From NCBI RefSeq assembly GCF_000025945.1, contig NC_006138.1:2730001-2762000 (forward strand): a stretch of 32,000 nt of DNA. The letters are read 5' to 3'. Shown piece after piece: positions 16,089 through 24,232 of this stretch. Position numbers and translations under genes: made by a program. Below the pieces are notes generated by a model. The model was not told where the DNA came from, made no database searches, and was given only the letters and a program-made list of their open reading frames with translations. The stretch comes from Desulfotalea psychrophila LSv54 (GTDB lineage Bacteria > Desulfobacterota > Desulfobulbia > Desulfobulbales > Desulfocapsaceae). Positions within the stretch are counted from its first letter, which is position 1, and every line of letters starts with the position of its first letter.

Positions 16089-17324
16089 ATGAATAATCGA
16101 CGCATCGTTATCACAGGGGTAGGCCTTGCCGCACCAAATGCGGACAATCTTAAGGAGTTCAGAGAAAAGTTACTTACAGGCACCTCGGAAATCCAGGAAA
16201 TTGACCTGCGTTATTTCGGTAAGGCTCCTGCGGGTATCTGCTCCTTTCCTGAAACCAAATATCGCAAGAAGAAAGAGAATAAGAGAGGGACACGGGCAGG
16301 TTGTTTTGGCGTTTACTGCGCCCACGAGGCCCTAAACGATGCAGGGCTTGACCATGATCACTACGACAAGGCCAGGGTCGGTGTCTATATAGGCCTTACC
16401 GAGCACGGCACAAGCGAAACGGAGAATGAGGTATTTAACATCAGTCAGTATGATTACGATGTTAAATATTGGACTCATCACCACAATCCACGTACCGTCC
16501 TCAACAATCCGGCAGGAGAAATCACCCTCAGCCTGGGCATCACCGGCCCACACTATGTCATTGGCGCAGCCTGTGCGGCGGGCAATGCATCTCTTATCCA
16601 GGCCGTACAGATGCTCCGCCTCGGTGAGGTTGATATGGCAATTGCCGGCGGAATATCAGAATCCACCGGTTCCTTCGGTATTTTTGCCAGCTTTCAAGCC
16701 CAAGGAGCACTCGGACACGCAGAAGATCCCAAGCTAGCCTCACGCCCCTTCGATAAATCCCGTAATGGTATCGTCGTCTCCGAAGGTGCCTGTCTCTATA
16801 TCCTTGAAGATCTCGACAAGGCCCTGGCCCGCGGAGCTAAAATTTATGGCGAAATTGTAGGCTACGGAATGAACTCCGATGCCCGTGACTTTGTCCTTCC
16901 CTATGCCCCGAGACAAGTGCAGTGTATGGAGCTGGCCCTGAAAAAGGCTGGTCTGAAACCAAGCGACATCGATATCGTCAACACCCATGCCACCGGTACA
17001 CCTTCAGGTGATGTAGAGGAGTGCAAGGCCATACGCGCGCTTTTTAGCAATTGTCCCAGCACCTACATCAACAATACCAAATCCATCATTGGCCACGCCA
17101 TGGGGGCCGCCGGAGTACTTGAACTTGCCGGCAACCTACCATCTTTTGATGACAATATTGTTCACCCGACCATCAACATTGAAGAGATTGATCCTGCCTG
17201 TGTCCTTGAAAACCTCGTTATCAACGAGGCTAAACAGGTGGAATCAGTGGAAACCATCCTCAATAATTCCTTTGGAATGGTAGGGATAAATTCCACCATA
17301 ATTGTGAAAAAATTCAAAAAATAG
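16089..17324 (+). CDS. beta-ketoacyl-ACP synthase, KAS I/II (FabF/FabB-like) family
   Basis: Start at MNNRRIVITGVG (ATG 16089). Active-site Cys in GAACAAGN, His in NTHATGTPSGD, His in KSIIGHAMGAAG. The full Cys-His-His triad is present. Confidence 0.9.
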   Translation: MNNRRIVITGVGLAAPNADNLKEFREKLLTGTSEIQEIDLRYFGKAPAGICSFPETKYRKKKENKRGTRAGCFGVYCAHEALNDAGLDHDHYDKARVGVYIGLTEHGTSETENEVFNISQYDYDVKYWTHHHNPRTVLNNPAGEITLSLGITGPHYVIGAACAAGNASLIQAVQMLRLGEVDMAIAGGISESTGSFGIFASFQAQGALGHAEDPKLASRPFDKSRNGIVVSEGACLYILEDLDKALARGAKIYGEIVGYGMNSDARDFVLPYAPRQVQCMELALKKAGLKPSDIDIVNTHATGTPSGDVEECKAIRALFSNCPSTYINNTKSIIGHAMGAAGVLELAGNLPSFDDNIVHPTINIEEIDPACVLENLVINEAKQVESVETILNNSFGMVGINSTIIVKKFKK

Positions 17325-17433
17325 CTCTTCCCCCTCTAAAAATGGTGAAGAAGCTTACTTTTTTGTGTTATAGACACCTGTTGCAAGGCGTCCTACAAAA
17401 TAATTATATATTACAAGATTGTTTGGAGATATT

Positions 17434-17685
17434 ATGACTAACGAAGAAATCAAAGATTTGATCCTTGAAATTATCGAAGATATAGATGACGAAGCTGAAT
17501 TTGAGGGCCTTAACCCGGATGAGCCTCTGCGAGATCAACTTGACCTCGATTCAATGGATTTTCTCGATATTGTTATGGAACTCCGCAAGCGTCATCAACT
17601 CCAAATCCCAGAAGAGGACTACCCACAACTTGCCTCACTATCAAGCTGTGTTGTCTACCTTGCTCCTCTGCTCAAAGACGCATAG
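17434..17685 (+). CDS. acyl carrier protein (dedicated, non-housekeeping context)
   Basis: 83 aa and acidic, with phosphopantetheine site LDLDSMDFLDIV. GGAG lies 7 nt upstream of the ATG at 17434. Confidence 0.85.
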   Translation: MTNEEIKDLILEIIEDIDDEAEFEGLNPDEPLRDQLDLDSMDFLDIVMELRKRHQLQIPEEDYPQLASLSSCVVYLAPLLKDA

Positions 17686-17736
17686 TTCTCTGCAACTATC
17701 AAAAATTTCATACTTTGCTTTCCCGCCTGTACGGGA

Positions 17737-19155
17737 ATGGAGACTCGTGTGAAAGTTCCACTTATTATTATCGGCGGCGGCCTCTCGGGGCTTGCCGCCG
17801 GTGTTCGCAGCAGTCGTTTTGTACCCGAAATTCTCATCCTTGAGAAACATAGCCGGCTCGGTGGGCTCAACTCTTATTACTATCGTCACAAAAACCTCTT
17901 TGAGACAGGTCTGCATGCCATTACCAATTATGCAGAGCCAAGAGATAAGAAAGCTCCACTCAACCGCCTTCTCCGACAACTAAAAATCAAAAGAGAGCTT
18001 CTAGAGATCTGTCCACAGAAGAGGAGTGAAATTCGCTTCCACGGCACAAACTCACTTTTTTTCTCAAATGATTTCGAAATGTTGCAGGAAGAAATTCTGC
18101 AAAAATTTCCGCAATCATACCCTCTTTTTGAAAAAATGCTCAAAAGGTTGGCCGAGGTCGACCCCTACCGACCTGCGCCTTTTACCTCTGCCAAAAAATT
18201 TCTCGATGAGAGCCTGCAAAACCCCCTGCTCAGCCAGATGTTGCTCTGTCCACTGATGTACTACGGTTCAAGCGTGGAAAACGATATGGATCTTGGTCAA
18301 TTTGCCATTATGTTTCAGGCAATTTTTCAGGAGGGAATGTTTCGTCCCAAGGGCACCATCAAGGATCTGCTCACCCTGATTGAAGAAAAATTTCGGGTAA
18401 ACGGCGGAACAATACGCAAAAATGCCGAGGTAGTACGTATCATCTTTGCTGGCAAAGAGGCACGAGGAGTAGAACTTGTAAGTGGTGAGATCATAGAATG
18501 CGACCACCTACTCTCCACCATCGGCCACCATGAGACCATGGCCCTCACCGCCAGCCCTCGGAAACTGCCCCGACAGGATGCCCGCAAAGGCCGCCTTGGC
18601 TTTATCGAGACCATTTTTCAGATCCCCACCGAGAACAGCAGCCAGCTACCAAAGGACAGGACCATTATTTTCTATAACAATGCCGAGAAGTTTCGCTATC
18701 AGCAGGTGGAGACAACGGCAGATTTTGCCAGCGGTGTCATCTGCTTCCCGCAAAATTTTGTGGGGATAGAGGCGGGCAAACATATAGAGGTACGCTCCAC
18801 CCATTTGGCCAGTTATGATCTCTGGCTACAGCTCTACTCCGAAGGCGGCAAACGAGAAAAGTACCTTGCAGCAAAGAAGCTGGTTGCCAGAAACTCTGCC
18901 CGTACCCTTGAGGATTTGATTGGTAAATTTTCTCAAAATACAGTATACCAAGACACCTTCACCCCCATTACCATTGAGCGCTATACCTCAAAAATAGGTG
19001 GTGCTATCTATGGCAGTCCAGACAAAATAAAAGATGGGGATCTTGGTTTTGACAATCTCTTTCTGGCTGGCACAGATCAGGGATTCTTAGGGATTGTCGG
19101 TTCCATGCTCAGTGGCGTTTCCATTGTTAATCAACATATTTTGCCCAAGCTCTAA
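17737..19155 (+). CDS. FAD-dependent oxidoreductase, phytoene desaturase (CrtI/CrtD)-like family, copy 1
   Basis: N-terminal dinucleotide fold PLIIIGGGLSGLAAG followed by LILEKHSRLGGL. At ~470 aa the length is typical of the family. GTG at 17749 is an alternative start. Confidence 0.8.
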   Translation: METRVKVPLIIIGGGLSGLAAGVRSSRFVPEILILEKHSRLGGLNSYYYRHKNLFETGLHAITNYAEPRDKKAPLNRLLRQLKIKRELLEICPQKRSEIRFHGTNSLFFSNDFEMLQEEILQKFPQSYPLFEKMLKRLAEVDPYRPAPFTSAKKFLDESLQNPLLSQMLLCPLMYYGSSVENDMDLGQFAIMFQAIFQEGMFRPKGTIKDLLTLIEEKFRVNGGTIRKNAEVVRIIFAGKEARGVELVSGEIIECDHLLSTIGHHETMALTASPRKLPRQDARKGRLGFIETIFQIPTENSSQLPKDRTIIFYNNAEKFRYQQVETTADFASGVICFPQNFVGIEAGKHIEVRSTHLASYDLWLQLYSEGGKREKYLAAKKLVARNSARTLEDLIGKFSQNTVYQDTFTPITIERYTSKIGGAIYGSPDKIKDGDLGFDNLFLAGTDQGFLGIVGSMLSGVSIVNQHILPKL

Positions 19156-19186
19156 TCCGGGTAAAATCTTATATACGTTCATACTT

Positions 19187-19206
19187 TCAGGGTAGAGATA
19201 CCCTGA
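19187..19206 (+). repeat. perfect 8-bp stem with GAGA tetraloop between the two flavoenzyme genes
   Basis: TCAGGGTA-GAGA-TACCCTGA at 19187-19206. No T-run follows it. Confidence 0.4.
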
Positions 19207-19227
19207 TAACAACATTATTTATTTACC

Positions 19228-20631
19228 ATGCCCGTACCTCTTACGACTGTTTCTGATAATTACGATATTATTGTTGTTGGCTCCGGCCTTGGTGGGCTGA
19301 CCTCCGCTAACCGTCTTGCCCGTTGTGGACACAAGGTATTACTACTTGAGTACCACCACCGCCTTGGTGGCCTTGCCACCTGGTTCAAGAGAAAGGGCCA
19401 TATTTTTGATGTCTCCCTGCACGGCTTTCCCTATGGAATGGTCAAGACCTGCAAAAAATATTGGAACAAGGAGATTATGCACTCCATTGTCCAATTAAAA
19501 AATATCGTCTTTGACAACCCGCAATTTTCTCTCAAAACCACCTTTGATAAAGAAAATTTCACCTGTATCCTGGAAAAGCAGTTCAAGATACCACGCACCA
19601 CCGTCAATAAATTTTTCGAAACCGTTATCGGCATGAACTTTTACGATGATCAGACGATGACCACCCGGGAACTCTTTGAGCAGTTTTTCCCCGGCAGATC
19701 CGATGTGCATCGACTCCTGATGGAACCCATCACCTATGCCAACGGTTCAACCCTGGACGATCCTGCCATTACCTATGGCATTGTTTTTTCAAATTTCATG
19801 GATAAGGGCGTTTTCACCTTTCAGGGTGGTACCGATAAGCTGATTGCCATGATGACCGAAGAACTGGAGAAAAACGGAGTCACCATCTGCACTCAAGCCA
19901 AAGTCGAGCAGATCATCGTTGACAAGGGCCGAGTACAGGGCGTAGAGGTAAATGGCAGAACCATTCAGGCAAAGGCCGTCGTCTCCAATAGCGGTATCAC
20001 CAACACCATCCATAATCTAACGGACCGGGACTGCTACTCCAGTGAATTTATCGAACGGGCAGATAAGATTCGGGTAAACAACTCAAGCTGTCAGGTCTAC
20101 TTTGGCATCAAGGATGGCGAGGCCATCCCCGACGTCGGCGACCTGCTCTTCACCTCCAAGGCAGAGGAATTCAGCTCCGATGAGCTCCTGGATTTCAACA
20201 CAAAGTCAAAGACATTTTCTCTCTACTACCCCAAGACTCGACCGGGCAAGAATCGCTATACCGTTGTTGCCTCGATGAACAGCCGTTATGATGACTGGGC
20301 AAAACTTGGCGAGAATGCCTATGCGGTAGCCAAGGAAGATATGATTGCCCGCAGTCTCAAGGATCTTGAAGGATATCTGCCGGGCGTCTCAGAGAAAATA
20401 GACTGGATGGAGGCCGCAACCCCATGCACCTTCAACAACTATACCCTGCACACCAAGGGCACATCCTTTGGCACCAAGTTCGAAGGTCTTGATATTTCAC
20501 GAAGTATATTTAAGGAAGTGCCAGGTCTCTTCCACGTAGGTTCCGTAGGAATCATCATGTCAGGTTGGCTTGGCGCCATAAATTATGGCGTCATTGTTGC
20601 CAACGATGTCGATGCCTACGTACGATCATAG
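19228..20631 (+). CDS. FAD-dependent oxidoreductase, phytoene desaturase (CrtI/CrtD)-like family, copy 2
   Basis: [20 protein letters not shown] followed by [12 protein letters not shown]. It has the same length and layout as copy 1, so the two are tandem paralogues. Confidence 0.85.
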   Translation: MPVPLTTVSDNYDIIVVGSGLGGLTSANRLARCGHKVLLLEYHHRLGGLATWFKRKGHIFDVSLHGFPYGMVKTCKKYWNKEIMHSIVQLKNIVFDNPQFSLKTTFDKENFTCILEKQFKIPRTTVNKFFETVIGMNFYDDQTMTTRELFEQFFPGRSDVHRLLMEPITYANGSTLDDPAITYGIVFSNFMDKGVFTFQGGTDKLIAMMTEELEKNGVTICTQAKVEQIIVDKGRVQGVEVNGRTIQAKAVVSNSGITNTIHNLTDRDCYSSEFIERADKIRVNNSSCQVYFGIKDGEAIPDVGDLLFTSKAEEFSSDELLDFNTKSKTFSLYYPKTRPGKNRYTVVASMNSRYDDWAKLGENAYAVAKEDMIARSLKDLEGYLPGVSEKIDWMEAATPCTFNNYTLHTKGTSFGTKFEGLDISRSIFKEVPGLFHVGSVGIIMSGWLGAINYGVIVANDVDAYVRS

Positions 20632-20683
20632 AATAAATACGACTCTCTATAGCCGTAAAAATACCACCTACAAATTCTAAATC

Positions 20684-21424
20684 ATGACATATTTCAAAGA
20701 ACAGATAGCCATTGTTACCGGTGCCACCCGCGGAATCGGCCGAGCCATCAGCATAGCCCTCCTACAAAAAGGCGCCACCGTCCTCGGCATCTATGGTGGT
20801 AACACTGCCGCCGCAGAGACTTTCCAGGACCAATGTGCTGATTTTAATGGTCGATTAAAACTGTATAAATGTAATGTCGCCGACAGCTCAGCTGTAACAG
20901 AGCTCTTCTGCCAAATAGAGGCAGAGTACGACTCTATTGACATCCTGGTAAACAGTGCCGGTATTCGCCGTGATGCCGTCCTGGCCCTGATGAAGGATGA
21001 CGACTGGCAGAGTGTTATTGACGTCAATCTGACGGGTACCTTTCTCATGTGCAAACAGGCTGTATTGCTGATGATGAAAAAGAAATATGGTCGGATCATT
21101 AATATATCTTCGCCTGCCGCCCATGTCGGTTTTGCCGGACAGGCTAACTACTCAGCATCCAAGGCAGGACAAATTGGTCTGACCAGAAGTCTGGCCAAGG
21201 AAGTTGCCAAAAAGAAAATTACAGTAAACTGTGTTTCACCGGGCTTCATTGCCACCGACTTTATTGATGATCTGCCGAAGGAGCAGGTGGCCGAATATAA
21301 AAAGCTTGTGCCCATGCGCCGCTTTGGCAAGGCAGAAGAGATCGCCGATGCAGTACTCTTCCTGGCTGGTGACGGGGCAAACTATATCACAGGTTCCGTA
21401 CTCGACGTAAACGGAGGCCTTTAA
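20684..21424 (+). CDS. fabG: 3-oxoacyl-ACP reductase FabG (SDR family)
   Basis: Motifs seen: TGATRGIGRAI, NSAG, NISS...YSASKAG (Ser-Tyr-Lys triad), PGFIATD. Confidence 0.9.
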   Translation: MTYFKEQIAIVTGATRGIGRAISIALLQKGATVLGIYGGNTAAAETFQDQCADFNGRLKLYKCNVADSSAVTELFCQIEAEYDSIDILVNSAGIRRDAVLALMKDDDWQSVIDVNLTGTFLMCKQAVLLMMKKKYGRIINISSPAAHVGFAGQANYSASKAGQIGLTRSLAKEVAKKKITVNCVSPGFIATDFIDDLPKEQVAEYKKLVPMRRFGKAEEIADAVLFLAGDGANYITGSVLDVNGGL

Positions 21425-21425
21425 T

Positions 21426-21872
21426 ATGGATGAGCTTGACAGAATCAAGAGCCTCATTCCCCACCGAGAGCCATTTTTACAGGTAGATCGTATTATTGGC
21501 TTTGACCGGCAAGAGCTCTGTATCAACACCGAAAAAACCTTTGCCGCCGACCTCGATATCTTCAAGGGACACTATCCCGACAACCCTATCGTTCCCGGGG
21601 TGATCCTCTGCGAGGCAATTTTTCAATCAGGCGCACTCCTTATGGCCCTCTTAGGGCAAGAGAAGCAGGGCGAGCAGGAGAACGCTGTGCCCGTTCTCAC
21701 CCGAATAGGCGGAGCGCGATTCAAACGCTTTGCCGGACCGGGCGACACGGTCCAGATAGAGGTTCGGGTCCAGGAAACCGTGGGTTCAGCCACCTTTTTT
21801 AAGGGCAGATTAAAGGTTGGGGGAAAAACTGCAGTGCAGATAGAATTTAGCTGTGCCATGATAGATAAGTAA
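21426..21872 (+). CDS. fabZ: 3-hydroxyacyl-ACP dehydratase, FabZ/FabA-type hotdog fold
   Basis: Motifs seen: LIPHREPFLQVDRI, catalytic His in FKGHYPDNPIVPGV, Glu in LCEAIFQ. The ATG lies 1 nt after the fabG stop, which suggests translational coupling. Confidence 0.85.
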   Translation: MDELDRIKSLIPHREPFLQVDRIIGFDRQELCINTEKTFAADLDIFKGHYPDNPIVPGVILCEAIFQSGALLMALLGQEKQGEQENAVPVLTRIGGARFKRFAGPGDTVQIEVRVQETVGSATFFKGRLKVGGKTAVQIEFSCAMIDK

Positions 21873-21882
21873 CAGGCAAGCC

Positions 21883-21921
21883 AAAAGGGTGGTGCAACAT
21901 CTCTTCTCCACCCTTTTAAAA
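21883..21921 (+). terminator. possible terminator after the FAS-like cassette
   Basis: AAAAGGGTGG (21883-21892) pairs with CCACCCTTTT (21908-21917) around a 15-nt loop. Read another way, the GGGTGG/CCACCC core is followed by TTTT and then an A-run. Confidence 0.4.
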
Positions 21922-22068
21922 AAAGCCATCAGTGCCTGTCCTGCAATGCCCCCTCTCTTTTGTCCATTGAATTTTTTAATCAAGGCCAGTAAACTAGACA
22001 TCTGTTCAACAACAAAATCAGTGTACTACTTAGCTGTAACTATCCTCTTTTGCCAATAAGGACTTTTC

Positions 22069-22767
22069 GTGGATCTCTCTATTACTCATATGATTCTTAG
22101 CGCAGGACCAATGGTAAAATTTGTCATGCTCGTCCTGCTTGTCTTCTCCGTCAGCTCCTGGACCATTGTTCTGATGAAATGGGCTCTCCTGAGAAACATC
22201 CGCCGCGACAGTGAAGATTTTCTCGACTCTTTTTGGGGATCCCCCAACCTCAATGAGGCATATAAAGAGGTAAATCAATTCCCATATAGCTCTGAAGCCG
22301 CTGTTTTTTCCGCAGGTTTTACTGAGCTACAAAAAATTACTAAAATACAGAGCAGCAAAGAGGAATCAAACCAGCCTCTGGGCATGCAGATGGCCGCCAT
22401 GGACAACCTGAAAAGGGCTGTACGTAAGGCCGAGACACAAAAGTTCAATGAATTCAACAAAGCTCTGCCCTTTTTAGCCACAACAGGAAGCGCAAGCCCC
22501 TTTATTGGTCTCTTTGGTACTGTCTGGGGAATCATGACCTCCTTTCATCAGATTGGTCAACAGGGTTCCGCCTCCCTGGCCGTTGTTGCCCCCGGTATTT
22601 CAGAGGCACTGGTCGTAACAGCAGCAGGACTCTTTGTGGCCATACCTGCCGTTGTCACCTTCAACTACTTCTCTCACAAATTTGACCAAGCGGATGCAGC
22701 AGCTCAACATTTTACCACAGACTTTCTGAACCTCATCGAACGGGATCTGCTGGGTAGAAGTAAATAA
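22069..22767 (+). CDS. tolQ: Tol-Pal system protein TolQ (MotA/TolQ/ExbB proton channel)
   Basis: GTG start with AAGGA 7 nt upstream. Three TM segments. Conserved C-terminal stretch: LATTGSASPFIGLFGTVWGIM..F and APGISEALVVTAAGLFVAIPA. Confidence 0.9.
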   Translation: MDLSITHMILSAGPMVKFVMLVLLVFSVSSWTIVLMKWALLRNIRRDSEDFLDSFWGSPNLNEAYKEVNQFPYSSEAAVFSAGFTELQKITKIQSSKEESNQPLGMQMAAMDNLKRAVRKAETQKFNEFNKALPFLATTGSASPFIGLFGTVWGIMTSFHQIGQQGSASLAVVAPGISEALVVTAAGLFVAIPAVVTFNYFSHKFDQADAAAQHFTTDFLNLIERDLLGRSK

Positions 22768-22860
22768 GCCTTCCGGGTGGCAGAAAATTTAATGTTTTCG
22801 ATAAATATCGAGGATAAGATTTTTACAAAACTTTGCAGAAAACTTTAATAGGGCTCCCAA

Positions 22861-23278
22861 ATGGATAGCAGTCAGGGCAGAAGACCAAAACGACTTGTTT
22901 CAGAAATCAACGTCACCCCCCTTGTCGATGTCATGTTGGTTCTACTTATCATTTTTATGATAACGGCCCCCATGATGACCGCAGGAGTGGATATTGACCT
23001 GCCCGAAACCACCTCAAAGGCCCTTCGCCAAAATGAAAAACCTCTGATGGTTACCATTGATAACAAAAGGGTACTCACCCTTGAGGGTAAGGTCGTCTCT
23101 GAAAAGCTTCTCCCTTCAGGAACTGAAAAAGCTTCCCGCCTCGCTCAAGAAAGAGTCTCTCTTCCTCAAGGCTGACAAAACGGTCCCCTACGGGTATGTC
23201 GTTAACATTATGCCCGAAATCAAAGCAGCTGGTTTCAATAAACTTGGAATGATAACCACCCCAACACAAAAGAACTAG
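22861..23278 (+). pseudogene. tolR: tolR (ExbD/TolR family) interrupted by an apparent +1 frameshift near 23112-23114
   Basis: ORF 22861..23175 encodes the N-terminal TM half (EINVTPLVDVMLVLLIIFMITAP). ORF 23057..23278, in the next frame, encodes the conserved C-terminal half (LFLKADKTVPYGYVVNIMPEIKAAGFNKLGMIT). Removing one C from the CCC run at 23112-23114 gives one continuous 138-aa TolR reading ..GKVVSEKLLLQELKKLPASLKKESLFLKADK... This may be a sequencing error rather than true decay. Confidence 0.7.
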
Positions 23279-23281
23279 CCT

Positions 23282-24115
23282 GTGCTTACAAAAAACCACC
23301 ATACCCCGGAGACATCATTTCCATGGCAGATGCCCTTTGCCATCGTCCTGGCCCTTCATATCGGCCTTGCCCTGGCGGTGACTCTTGCCCCCCAGTTTAG
23401 TCATAAAAAGCCACGCTTTGAAAATATCTACACGGTTGACCTGATAGAACTTGCCCCACCGGTAAAGGTCCAGCGAACAAGCAAGCCACAAAAAATACGT
23501 GCCAAAAGCGTTTCCGTCGCCAAGGTTATACCGGCAAAACTGACTGTGGCAGACCCTGTTTCCATTGCCCCAAAAAAGAAAAAAATTAAAAAAATTCCAC
23601 CAAAATTAAAAGAGAACAAAAAGAGTGCAGATAAGGCCATGGCCCGAGAACGACGCCGCTTAGATCAGGCAATAGTTGCCGAGAAACTTGCTCGGCAGGA
23701 AGCAGAACAGGCACAAAGAGAGCTGGAGGAAGAGGAAAAGCTCTTTAAAAATAGTAAGGGCACCACCTCTCTCCCCACCACTAGAACAGTAAAGAGCGGC
23801 TCACATAACAGGCAAAAGATGACGGGGGTTGAAGCCCAGTGGTTTGCCCGGGTTACAAGTCATCTAATGCAATTTTGGGCCCTGCCGGAGTTGCAGGAAT
23901 GGGATTCCCGTCTGACCACTACAGTGATAATCACCGTTAACCAGGATGGCAGGATCATTAACAATTATTTCGAACATAAATCAGGCAACCGTATCTTCGA
24001 TCAGTTTGTAAAAAAGAGCCTTCAGGATGCAGATCCACTACCCAAGATGCCTGCGGCAATGAAGCAATACCGTTTTGAATTCGGTCTCCACTTTAAACCT
24101 GGCACAATTCAATAA
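23282..24115 (+). CDS. tolA: TolA-like protein (TonB/TolA C-terminal domain)
   Basis: GTG start 4 nt after the tolR stop. One N-terminal TM (FAIVLALHIGLALAVTLA), a Lys/Pro/Glu-rich extended region (KKKKIKKIPPKLKENKK, EAEQAQRELEEEEK) and a C-terminal TonB_C-like fold. It sits between tolR and tolB. Confidence 0.7.
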   Translation: MLTKNHHTPETSFPWQMPFAIVLALHIGLALAVTLAPQFSHKKPRFENIYTVDLIELAPPVKVQRTSKPQKIRAKSVSVAKVIPAKLTVADPVSIAPKKKKIKKIPPKLKENKKSADKAMARERRRLDQAIVAEKLARQEAEQAQRELEEEEKLFKNSKGTTSLPTTRTVKSGSHNRQKMTGVEAQWFARVTSHLMQFWALPELQEWDSRLTTTVIITVNQDGRIINNYFEHKSGNRIFDQFVKKSLQDADPLPKMPAAMKQYRFEFGLHFKPGTIQ

Positions 24116-24232
24116 GATAAACAGAGAATATATTTCGTCTCACCCTATTCTGTGATAAAATGGTTTAAAAATAGGTCAGGACATTTACAACATTCACTTA
24201 TCACTAATTTTATATAGCCAATCACTCACCCC

